Assembly: GCF_035084215.1 (NCBI RefSeq)
Contig: NC_090331.1
Location: 65,472,001 to 65,536,000, forward strand
Length of the DNA stretch: 64,000 bases
Direction of reading: 5' to 3'
Source of the DNA: Heptranchias perlo
Lineage: Eukaryota
The stretch's first letter is position 1, and the number at the start of each line of letters is the position of its first letter. The notes below the pieces were generated by a model. The model was given only the letters and a program-made list of their open reading frames with translations, did not search any database and was not told the origin of the DNA. Below are positions 1-11,103 of the stretch, piece after piece. The position numbers were made by a program, and so were the translations under genes.

Positions 1-329
1 TCTTTTTCCATAGAACTCTCCAACTTTGTTGTCTTATCAGTAGTTTCACTCTTGTTCTATTCTATTAAGTGGATCTTCTAATTATAAGCCTGTACCATTC
101 CATACCAATCTCCTGCTTCTGAAAAGGATGTTTCCTTCTGCGGAACTTGTTACTAAACTAACCATTGCTTTAAGGTCAGTCTTAATTCAACAGTTCAGTG
201 GTCACTGCATCTAAATTAACATACTTCCTTATTTAACAGGCAAAAGCAAATGGTTACTATTACTACAATACAAAGAGACACCAATAGCAGTATAACATTA
301 GCAGACTTCAGGACAGATTAATTAACCCT

Positions 330-2170
330 TTCCTTACACCTCCTAAGTATATACGACTGAAAGAAGTCAGTGTAGGGGCTTCCTTATAGGTCTCTTGAGG
401 TCCTCTTATTGACCTCAACATGTTGCAAATCCAGAGTCTTGTCTGTGGAAGAGTAATGTTGCAGGTTCTGGCTGGTGAGGGAGGGACTGCAACTTTCCAA
501 GTTCAATGTTGCGAGATCTCTAAATTTCTTCATGATGACTAATAAGGTTACTAGACATACCAAAACCTTCCTTTATCAAATGGACCTCAACTCTTCAACA
601 GTATCAGTGCAAGCATTCATGACAGATAATTCATCTGTGCTTGCTGCTGCAGGTGCCCCTGCAGGTGCTGCTGATGCTGCTCAATAGCAATCTGCAGAGT
701 ACAGAACCCTTGCTGCACACATCACGCAACTGGATGGGAACTGTAGCCAAACTAGTTTGTAGCATGATCTGCAGAGGCAAGTAATTGGTGTAACCACTCA
801 TTACATAGAATTACATTGAATTTATAGCACCGAAACAGGCCAGTCGGCCCAAGAGGTCCATGCCGGTGTTTATGCTCCACAAGAGCTTGTCCCCACCTTA
901 CTTCATCTAACCCTATCACCATATCCTTCTATTCCTTTCTCCCTTATGTATTTATTTAGCTTTGCCTTAGGTGCATCTATGCTATTCGCTTTATTGTACT
1001 ATTAATACTTATTGTAATAGTCATACAATATTGCTGTTGTATAGTAAAGTTCTTCACCTAACAAGCTGTGTCCGCAAACTGAACAGATTGATAGTTACTA
1101 AATCTGGGAGGCACTAGAAGATGTTCCACCTTGACGGTAGCTATCAGATTTCTTTCTGGGGGACGCAGATTCTCAACTAAGTTGCTAACTGTCTCTCTGT
1201 TTAGGGCCTGAAAAGTACAGCTTACATGGGTCTTGTTACATCTGCTAATCAGATCATTAGGCTGAAGGACAGTTACAGAGTTAAACCACTCATGCTCACA
1301 AAATATTACAGCTGACTCTATGAGGGCAGAATCACAATATGACCCAATAGGGACCATGGCCTCGCTATGCCTCTATTCAGCAGCAGTCAGCACGTCCTCA
1401 GCCATCACCATTGCTCCTCTCACACCCGTGAAAAGAAGTGACTCAAGCAGTGCTTCCATTTCTAAATCTTTGAAAACATTTAGAGTATGTGTCTCTGGCC
1501 TGCTTCAGATTGTAATGCTGCTGAGTGTTATGGTGGCACCTGTTCCAGCAGGTTGCTGGATAAAATTGGGTTAAGCATACTAAACTACTCAAGGTGACAC
1601 ACAAGATATCTGTAACTTGTTTTGATTGACATAGTTTCCTGTATATATAGTGGCCTAAGTTTATTTGTGATCATCCACATTGCTCATCTTGGCATTTTTC
1701 ATGAGGTCACATATATTTTTGTAGGTCCTTCCAGCTTTTCTAAGTATACGGTCCCTCATTCAACAACCAAACAATAGCCTCCCATATTTGCTTTACCCTC
1801 TGACAACTGGTGGATTGCTCCGTGCAAAATAAAGTATGATTCCCTGTTCCTCTACACTGTCTACAATGAGTTGTAGGTTACTATTGCTAAATCTGGGTTG
1901 ATGCGTTCAGTACTGTCTCTCCATTTTGCTCAGAAATGGCACATTCCACAGCAATATAGACTCGCATATGCTGGTTATGTGACTATTTAGCTGGCTGAGA
2001 AGCATTCTTGCAGGAACTTTCAGATTTGCTAGTCAGTTGTGTGGTAGTTTAAGCAATCCTGAATTTCCAGAAAGTACTGAGAGTGAAGTTGCCCGCTTCT
2101 GAAAGTGCACAAAAACATGGGCAAATAATTTAACTTCCATTTATTGTGTGTGTTAAGAGAAATTTCACCC
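330..2170 (-). mobile_element. Decayed PIF/Harbinger DNA transposon remnant (Myb/SANT-like ORF2 side)
   Basis: The minus strand from ATG at 1924 reads MERQY*THQPRFSNSNLQLIVDSVEEQGII, then ...QIWEAI...KSWKDLQK..DLMKNAK. This is the same PRFS..L..V / W..I / ..DL..AK pattern as the SANT exons at 21220 and 55871. The right end AAATTTCACCC is followed by TTA. The left boundary is approximate. Confidence 0.55.
803..990 (-). mobile_element. CR1 LINE 3' tail fragment (5'-truncated)
   Basis: CATAGAATTACATTGAAT tail repeat, then ACAGGCCAGTCGGCCC, the reverse complement of the CR1 3' terminal motif seen in other copies here. Confidence 0.7.
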
Positions 2171-4639
2171 TTAAATATTTCAGAGTTATTTGACTTAACT
2201 TTGAGGAACAGGGAGAAACTTTGCAGAGTATTTCCTCAGGAGATGTAATAGATTGGGTGGAAACCACGATAGTTTAATTATACATTGTGTGTGGCAGCAC
2301 TGGGCTTGATGGCCTTGGTCCATGCTTCTTCTGTCATCAGGAACAAAGCTAAATAGAAATCTTGCCTGATAATTTTATTGTATGCTGCTTAATATAAAAT
2401 AGAGTTTATAAGTCAGGTTTCTGTGGAAAGTCATTTTAGCAGAACTACAGATCTCATGGTGGCATAGAATGGGCATGAAAAACTTCACCCAGAATGCACT
2501 GGATTGATGAAGGGCAATGGTGTCTCCCAGTTGCCGTGTTGCAAAGTGAATTTCTCCGCAACACAGATAGATAAACAATTCGATTTGTGAGGAAACTATT
2601 AAAATAAACTACTTTTCAAGTAAGACAGCCTCCCACTTAAAGAGAATTGCAGCTTTGTTGCAACTGTACCACCACATTATTAGCTAATGAACAGAATGAA
2701 TAATGAAACTGAATTTTGTTAAGAGATTAGGACAGACCTTTTTTTTGTCACGGGGAAGAGTAAATTGGGAATTTTTATCTGAACTGCTGCATAAGACACA
2801 TTCACATACATAAATAAGTTGCAGTAAAGTACTTAATGGAATGAATTGCAGATCTCTTAATATTATGTGTAGTGTTGCTTAAAATTGGAATCATCTATCT
2901 CTGTGTGTGATCAGTTGAGTTCTGCTGAAAACCTTATCAAGTACACTAGGCCACTTACTAATCCATTACCTCATTTCCTCTCCCCAGCTTCTAATAAATG
3001 GTTGTTTTTTTTCTGAATTCTACTTTTTTTTTACAGAACAGCATTAGCCCAATTAAGTGATTGCTGTAATTTGAAATGCCACCTTATAATTCAACTTCAT
3101 TTTGTACCTGTCTCTAATCTTATTATGTAGTAGAAACCCTTTGACCTCTTTCGGATGGGGGACATGCAGTATATTCAAGGAGCAGGATTTCTATTTTAGA
3201 AAAACAACACATTTTTTATACTCAGTATTTTAATAGCTGTTCCAATAGAACAAGAAACCGTATCTCCTGTGCTGAGACAGGATGTCAACCATGTATATGC
3301 TCCGAGGTAATGGAATCCATCATTAACAATGCCATTAGTGGCCACTTTCAGACCAGTCCTCTCAATTTTGAGCTTTCTATATGGATTCTGTTTAAAACAA
3401 CAATATGCCCTGTTAGCTTGTTGAGCTCACAGGGAAATGTTTTGTGTAACCAGCAAAAAAAATTAAATTGGGCTTTTTGTAATCATCATCTAAATGTCTT
3501 TAAACAAAAGATATGGTGTGATGTGGTTAATTAATGTATGCAAAATAATATAGTCACTACTTACCTCAGTGGTGCTGTTACCATGAAGGAGTGGATTGTG
3601 TATCTCCTATATCATTCAGAGTTAGTATTGTGTTTTATCTTCTGCTTCACCAGTTACCAAAGACAACATGATTACAAATGAGTTATTGAGGTTTTGCAAG
3701 GGAAATGAAAGTCATATTACACCAGCCAATCAAGTTGTACTCTTGTTATTTGATGTAAGAAATTGAAGAGATAAAGAACAAGAACATTTTTGCAAGTTGC
3801 AAAATGGCCTCATTACTCCAGAGAAAACATTTTAATATTAAATTTGAGGGATGACCCTGAGCCAGGATTCTAAGTAATTTACACTGAGAATTTCTGATAA
3901 GAGAATACTGTTTGATTACAGAGAACAACATCATTCAGTAATGTAGTCTAAAAATCATTTAACCTCAACATATTTATAGTAAAATGCTGTAGAGTTAAAA
4001 GGATACCAAACTAGCAGTGGCGGATGATAAGGGCTGAGCAATAGTGACATGATGGATAGGAAAAAAAACCTTTCTAAACAGAAGCTTGAAGAACAGTAAT
4101 CAGGCAGTATTAGTGCATACAGGAATACATTTTAGATGCTTTGGGCAATTTTTTTGTCTTAGTGCAGATATTCAAACAGTTTTTGTGCCAGTATTAATAC
4201 ATGTCCAGGCCCAGTGCTAGAGTAAGTGAAGGGTTTGCTTCATTGTGGGCCAAGATTACATTTTTTCCTTCCTGCTACTGGTAATATTATGAAGTGGTTA
4301 GAAAATATTAATGAGATGTGGGACCCTCTTTACAGAGACCTTCTTTATTTTCTCTTGATGTAAACGACGACAAAGCCAGCCGCTCCAATGGAAATTCTTA
4401 CCATGCTCCTTAGCACAGATTAAACCGTTTATTGCAGTTTTGCCTCACTAAGAAGGTGAGTAAGTCTGTATAAAGTCCAAGCCCTCTGTGGGTTCCAGAT
4501 TGATGTTTCCTTGGCAGTACTGCAGCCTGAAGGTTCAGAATTTGGACTGCTGAGGACCACAATTTTAATCGTTCAAGCCCAAATCCAAACCTCAAATCCA
4601 ATTTGCCCAAATTGATTAACTGGCCGTTCATCTATTTGA

Positions 4640-4771
4640 TATTTGTAGGTACTTGCTGTACACAAAATATTAAGTTACATTAAAACAGTAATTGCATTTC
4701 AAAGCAATTCATTTTATGTGAGGTGCTTTTGGACATTTCTGAGAGATGCCTTAAGGCACAATACAAATCTT
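4640..4771 (+). mobile_element. SINE 3' body/tail fragment (L2-type tail), interrupted by a MITE
   Basis: GTGAGGTGCTTTTGGACATTTCTGAG...AAGGCACAATACAAATCTT resumes as CTTTTCTTTC after 5323. It resembles the L2 3' end at 28400-28450. Confidence 0.5.
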
Positions 4772-5323
4772 AGGGCTGATTTTAACTTGGTCCATCCAGA
4801 GGGAACAGGGCAGTAGTGGGCCTAAAATCGGAGTGCTGCACTTGCCGCTTCATTCCCACTGCAATTTCAGCCACCACCCCCCCACCCCCCCCCCCCCGCC
4901 ACCTTGCCCGGAGGCTAGGCGACCATCTGATAGGGAAGGGGCCTCATTAAAACATGCAAGTCACGATCGTGTGACGTACATAGGCCACTGATTACAATTT
5001 TGAGGTGTAAATGGCGGAGCATGTGCCACACTCACAAAACATCACAGGAAATGCCAAATTTGTTTTTTTTGTTGGGGCAAGGAACAGTTGCTCCTGGGCC
5101 CACAAAAAATTCAAGCTGCTATTGGTCCGTCCGAGTACCTCCCCCAGATCGCTTCCCCCCACAGGCTCCGACTGTCGGTTGGGTCAGTGTGGGACCCCGC
5201 AGCTCACCAGCGGAATGCCAATGAGGACTGGACCTCTAAATGGCTCGGGCCTCTCGCCAGCAAGAATGGGCGAATGACGGGTACCTTCCACTTGCCATCC
5301 AACCCTTAGTTAAAATCGGCCCT
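4772..5323. mobile_element. Harbinger-type MITE (non-autonomous)
   Basis: TIRs AGGGCTGATTTTAACT / AGTTAAAATCGGCCCT (15/16 match), flanked by the 3-bp direct repeat CTT. No credible coding capacity. Confidence 0.8.
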
Positions 5324-6198
5324 CTTTTCTTTCTTTTCTCAAGAAAGAGCAACAAAATATTATTAAAAAATTAACCCACAATTCTGTACATCCCAATGGA
5401 TAAATTGTACTTTGGCAGTTCTGGACTCAATTGCCATAATATAGCAGAATTGTCTACCGATCCATATTTGATTGAAGACTCCTTTGAAACTTGCCCATAA
5501 TATTAGCACATGGTTCATCATCTTTAGGGTGTCTTTAAATGTTTGTTGCCATAGGGAACTGGATAAGTCACAGTTGTTTGTGTCCAATACAGGTTCGTTC
5601 ACAAAGCCTTCTCACTTGCTGTGCTAGAAATATTCCCTGAACAACAGTACCATCCAACACTTGACAGTTGGTGCGATTAGGTATGGACAGGGCTTCTTAA
5701 GGCCGCATTATCAGAAAATAGTGTCACCAGATTGGAAGTTGGAATGTCAGTCACCTGTAATGTTATCAGCAAACAATCAGAGATTAGAGTCCAGCACTAG
5801 GTACACACTGTGAACCTGGTTCCACTTGTTTCTAAGGGTCATATCTTTCTTAGTGTGTAAAGTTCAAGAATCCTGTTAATAAAGTATTATAAACCAACAA
5901 CAATTTAGTAAAATAATTCTTTAACTTTACAGACAGAGGAGAATATAACTTTTAGTCTTTTATTGAAGGAACCAACCAGTAATACAAAAGCTTTAGATTT
6001 CCCCAAAATATAGAAAGAACCTTCACATGGCAGCAATATCATTTTGCTATTGACCCAAAAATGCCAATTAGCTTCAGTGGCACTACAGGTCATTTTTCCA
6101 CATACTTGGTCATACATTGCATCTGAATTTGAATATCCAATCACTGCCTGATAATGGGGAGTTGTATTTTGCCAATGCATTTACAAACGCAGCCTTAC

Positions 6199-6350
6199 CT
6201 TTGAAATTCTCTGCACTCTGAAGACATTGTTCAATTCTTCTCCTGCTTCAGACTTTGAATTCTGCTGGCGTGTTGAGAAGCAGCACGTTTCTGGGTGTAA
6301 GTCCTTCTTCATGGCCAGCATTAATACGTAGCCATGTCTTTTGTACAATG
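6199..6350 (-). CDS. Candidate internal exon of an unidentified transcript
   Basis: Minus-strand acceptor CCTTTGTTTTAG| and donor AAAG|GTAAGG enclose 152 nt. One frame is open (LYKRHGYVLMLAMKKDLHPETCCFSTRQQNSKSEAGEELNNVFRVQRISK). No homology recognised. Confidence 0.25.
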
Positions 6351-7084
6351 CTAAAACAAAGGCTCATTTACCTTGGTGAGTCACCCAAAGTTAGAAGTCC
6401 AATTGCTTTGAAATGATCTGCATCTTTTTACTATCTGTAGAATTGTCACTATGCCTTTTGTGGCCAGTAAAATATTGTTTCTGCAGGGTACATTTGCAGA
6501 TCTATCACAACAAAGGATGCAGCAATTTTCCCATGACACATTTGCACCAGAGAGACTGTACCATTTAAATCTTATTTGTAGATCAGTATTTTTTATAAAA
6601 AAGGATTTGTTGTACTGGGACTCACTCTCTCTGCATATCTTTTCCTAGCTGATGTTGTAGAGAGATTCATTAACTATGGCTCAGGTGTGATAGTGTATAC
6701 TTAAAGTTCTTCACACCAGTTCTTCGTACTAAACAGGGAAAAAGGAAACAGTCTTGAAATTTCAATTCAGAAGATGTTGAAAATGGCAGCATTGATTCCC
6801 CTCCCGAAATTCATATTTATCGGAATTTGAATCCCTCAGCCAAATGTGCAAGTGCGACCACTCCTTATACAGTATGGATGCATTCCATGCTATCAGGAAA
6901 CTCAGAACTAGGCCACTTAGATATATCAATGTATTATCCATCGCCTGAGAACTAGACAGATGGACAGCAGGTAAAGTAGTGCAGGTACTTACACAAGTAC
7001 ATTTCTTACCCAACTCAGGACCTACATCTCTGATCACATGCCTCAGAAATGTCATAAAGGTTTCACCTACAATGACTTAATTTA

Positions 7085-7155
7085 ATGTGCAGTGACTTGG
7101 AACACATGCAAATGCAGCAGCTATTTTGCGTACAGCAAGATCCCACAAACAGTGA
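7085..7155 (-). mobile_element. SINE internal fragment (Deu-domain-like)
   Basis: GCAGCTATTTTGCGTACAGCAAGATCCCACAAACAG resembles the reverse complement of the Deu-SINE core. Recognised from memory only. Confidence 0.4.
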
Positions 7156-7524
7156 TCATAGAAATCATAGAAAGGTTACAGCACGGAAGGAGGCCATTTG
7201 GCCCATCGAGTCTGTGACGGCTCTATGCAAGAGCAATCCAGCTAGTCCCACTCACCCACCCTTTCCCCATAGCCCTGCAAATTTTTTCTTTTAAGTGCTT
7301 ATCCAATTCCCTTTTGAAAGCCATGATTGAATCTGCCTCCACCATCCTTTCAGGCAGTGCATTCCAGATCATAGCCACTCGCAGTGTAAAAAAGTTTTTC
7401 CTTATGTCACTTTTGGTTCTTTTGCCAATCACCTTAAATCTGTGTCCTCTGGTTCTCCAATGGGAACAGTTTCTCTCTATCTACTCTGTCTAGACCCCTC
7501 ATAATTTTGAACACCTCTATCAAA

Positions 7525-9309
7525 ACCAATACGAAGAACTTTTATAGTTATATTAGGAAAAAGAGGATGGTCAGGAGCAGTGTTGGCCCCTTAAAAACTG
7601 AAAGTGGGGATATTGTCATTGACAATGGGAAATGGCGGACATGTTGAACGATTACTTTGCATCAGTATTTACAGTAGAAAAAGAGGATGGCATGCTGGAA
7701 ATCCCAAGAAAACTAATATTAAATCGGGGAAAGGGACTCGATAAAATTAACATAAGTAAAGCAACAGTAATGAAGAAAATAATAGCACTAAAGAGTGACA
7801 AATCCCCAGGACCAGATGGTTTCCATCCCAGGGTTTTAAAGGAAGTAGGTGAGCACATTGCACATGTCACTCCACTTTTTAAGAAAGGAGAGAGAGGGAA
7901 ACCAGTGAATTATAGACCAGTTAGCCTAACATCTGTTGTGGGGAAAATGCTGGAGTCTATAATTAAGGATAGGGTGACTGAACACTTCGAGAATTTTCAG
8001 TTAATCAGGGAGAGCCAGCATGGATTTGTGAAAGGTAGGTCGTGCCTGACAAACCTGATTGAATTTTTTGAAGAGGTGACTAAAGTAGTGGACAGGGGAA
8101 TGTCAATGGATGTTATTTATATGGACTTCCAGAAGGCATTTGATAAGGTCACACATAAGAGACTGTTGGCTAAGATAGAAGCCCATGGAATCGAGGGAAA
8201 AGTACGGACTTGGTTAGGAAGTTGGCTGAGTGAAAGGCGACAGAGAGTAGGGATAATGGGTAGGTACTCACATTGGCAGGATGTGACTAGTGGAGTCCCG
8301 CAGGGATCTGTCTTGGGGCCTCAATTATTCACAATATTTATTAACGACTTAGATGAAGGCATAGAAAGTCTCATATCTAAGTTTGCCAATGGCACAAAGA
8401 TTGGTGGCATTGTAAGCAGTGTAGATGTAAACATAAAATTACAAAGGGATATTGATAGATTAGGTGAATGGGCAAAACTGTGGCAAATGGAATTCAATGT
8501 AGACAAATGTGAGGTCATCCACTTTGGATCAAAAAAGGATAGAACAGGGTACTTTCTAAATGGTAAAAAGTTAAAAACAGTGGATGTCCAAAGGGACCTA
8601 GCGGTTCAGGTACATAGATCATTGAAGTGTCATGAACAGGTGCAGAAAATAATCAATAAGGCTAATGGAATGCTGGCCTTTATATCTAGAGGACTAGAGT
8701 ACAAGGGGGCAGAAGTTATGCTGCAGCTATACAAAACCCTGGTTAGACCGCACCTGGAGTACTGTGAGCAGTTCTGGGCACCGCACCTTCGGAAGGGCAT
8801 ATTGGCTTTGGAGGGAGTGCAGCGTAGGTTTACTAGAATGATACCCGGACTTCAAGGGTTAAGTTACGAGGAGAGATTACACAAATTGGGGTTGTATTCT
8901 CTAGAGTTTCAAAGGTTAAGGGGTGATCTGATCGAAGTTTATAAGATATTAAGGGGAACAGATAGGGTGGATAGAGAGAAACTATTTCCGCTGGTTGGGG
9001 ATTCTAGGAGTAGGGGGCACAGTCTAAAAATTAGAGCCAGACTTTTCAGGAGCGAGATTAGAAAACATTTCTACACACAAAGGGTTGTAGAAGTTTGGAA
9101 CTCTCTTCCGCAAACGGCAATTGATACTAGCTCAATTGCTAAATTTAAATCAGAGATAGATAGCTTTTTGGCAACCAAAGGTATTAAGGGATATGGGTCA
9201 AAGTCGGGCATATGGAGTTAGATCACAGATCAGCCATGATCTTATCAAATGGCGGAGCAGGCACGAGGGGCTGAATGGCCTACTCCTGTTCCTATGTTGC
9301 TATGTTCCT
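7525..9309 (+). mobile_element. CR1 LINE, 5'-truncated, nested in an older CR1
   Basis: ORF2 RT region followed by the 3' UTR GGGCTGAATGGCCTACTCCTGTTCCTATGTTGCTATGTTCCT. Confidence 0.95.
7632..9221 (+). pseudogene. CR1 ORF2 reverse transcriptase remnant (529 aa open, probably catalytically dead)
   Basis: Motifs SPGPDG, NYRPVSLTS, QHGF, SCLTNL, DFQKAFD and GVPQGSVLGP are present. FADD is mutated to FANG. There is an in-frame deletion at EHIA|HVTP and no endonuclease domain. Confidence 0.9.
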
Positions 9310-9727
9310 AAATCTCCTCTCAACCTTCTCTGCTCTAAGGAGAACAACCCCAGCTTCTCCAGTGTATCCATGTAACTGAAGTCCCCCATCCCTGGAACCA
9401 TTCTAGTAAATCTTTTCTGCACCCTCTCCAAGGCCTTCATATCTTAACCACTTCCTCAACGTGTCCTGCCACCTTCAATGACCTGTGCACATATACCCCC
9501 AGGTCTCTGATCCTGCACCCCGTTTAGAATTGTACCCTTCACTTTATATTGCCTCTGCTCGTTCTTCCCACCAAAATGTATCACTTCACACTTCTCTGCG
9601 TTAAATTTCTGCCACACGACTGCCTATTCCACCAGCTTGTCTATGTCCTCTTAAAGTCTATCACTATCCTCCTCACTATTCACTGCACTTTCAAGTTTTG
9701 TGTCATCTGCAAATTTTGAAATTGTGA

Positions 9728-9912
9728 AATTCCCTAAAGGACATCAGTGAACCAGTTGGGTTTTTACAATATTCTAACAGCTTCATGGTCACTTTCACTG
9801 ATTCTATTTCCAGATTCATTTTTTGAAACTGAATTCAAATTCTTAAATTACCACAGTGAGATTTGAACCCATATTCTCTGGATCATTAGCCCAGGCCTGA
9901 CTGGATTCCCTG
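9728..9912 (-). mobile_element. tRNA-derived SINE 5' part
   Basis: The reverse complement has a B-box-like GGGTTCAAATCTCAC followed by TTTGAATTCAG...CCATGAAGCTG...AAAACCCAACTGGTTCACTGATGTCCTTTAGGGAA. Confidence 0.65.
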
Positions 9913-10026
9913 GAAGTAGGTTTTCTGACTCAATGAACTCAGAGGGAATAAGAAAATTAAATATTTTAAACCTTTGAGGACAGTCATATTAAAGCAATAG
10001 ATTGAATATTCCAAGTATTTTTTCAG

Positions 10027-10334
10027 ATGCAGAAAGTGGATATCCAGGAGAAAGCACAATGCAGAGAATGTGTGAAATTCTTGGAAAAAATATGAAGGAA
10101 TGTGAAGGCATTCACTCTGAAAATATCCAACGTTGTAAGAAGGATTTCCACTTGTGTTGTAAGCATGGGAACAAAGATTGTATAGATGAGAGTGGGAGAT
10201 GTCTGTATTTGGCTGCTGCTGGGTTTGTAGGACGTTCTAGAATTGTCACATCAAGATATCCTCTTCATGCTGAGGTATCATCAATCAGATATGAACAGTC
10301 AGTCACAACCAATCAGAATCTGAGCATTTGACAG
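10027..10334 (+). CDS. Candidate exon / orphan ORF (Cys-rich), unidentified
   Basis: Acceptor ATTTTTTCAG| at 10026, about 100 open codons in non-repeat-looking DNA, and donor-like GAG|GTATCA or CAG|GTATGA. No homology recognised. Confidence 0.2.
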
Positions 10335-10699
10335 GTATGATTGAATAGAATCTAATGAAGAAAGGACATTCAATAACATTTTTACTATAAAAAGAATCCT
10401 ATTATGTTGAAATAATTGTCTCCCTCAATGGTCATTAGATTTTTGAATGTCTATGAAACTTAAAAAAAAACTCATATAAAGTTACTGAGAAGTTCATTGA
10501 TTTTATACAACTATTCCCCCTTTGAACTCTCATTACTATAAGAGTGCCGGACAGAACCAATACGGAATACAGACCCAGCCAAGAATAGTGGCCTAGGTGT
10601 GGATAATAAGTCCCAACAATAAAGGACTCCTGTGTCTTTTGGAATCAGAGCTCAAAAGCAAAGTGTGGCTCATTTATTTCACAGTTCCCCCAACAAACA

Positions 10700-10980
10700 A
10701 AGATTTTCATCCTGACTTGGTGCTCAGTTAGCTGATCTCCACCAGGGGGATAAAATTACTTTCAGCACTCCGGTTAGGGAGGGGGAAAATCAGCAAGAGT
10801 TATTTCTCCTAATTGTTATTCACTGCTGGAAGTGCATGTGTGTGAAGGTCAGGTGGGGTCAGGATCAGACTTGACAATGATGCCCCTCATAAAGCCTCCT
10901 AATGCTAACTATCTAGACTTAAAAACGAATAATGGGTGAGGTGCCCTCGGAATAGTATCCCAGCAAGGACATAACAGGGG
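10700..10980 (+). mobile_element. Probable SINE body fragment
   Basis: GTGCTCAGTTAGCTGATCTC...GGTTAGGGAGGGGGAAAATCAGC...GCTGGAAGTGCATGTGTGTG resembles common elasmobranch SINE bodies. Recognised from memory only. Confidence 0.4.
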
Positions 10981-11103
10981 CAACATTGGTTTCGGCCCAT
11001 TTTTGATCAGGAAATGCACGCAAGATGGCCCTGAAAGCAGCTCACCAGAAGAAGAGAGGACATCCTAGCCCTGCTGCAGAGGGCACAGATGAAGACTTCG
11101 AGG

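Larger units (their letters stand above)
7156..9727 (-). mobile_element. CR1 LINE (5'-truncated), split by a nested CR1 insertion
   Basis: The tail (CATAGAAAT)n lies at 7157. ORF 7223..7432 (DIRKNFFTLRVAMIWNALP) is the CR1 ORF2 C-terminus. The element continues at 9310 (ctatcaaa|aaatctcctctc) through to the KFADDTK codons near 9700-9715. Confidence 0.85.

Noticed and set aside
7632-9221. Active retrotransposon or novel stand-alone reverse transcriptase system
   Set aside because: A standard 5'-truncated CR1 with no endonuclease domain and mutated catalytic aspartates.
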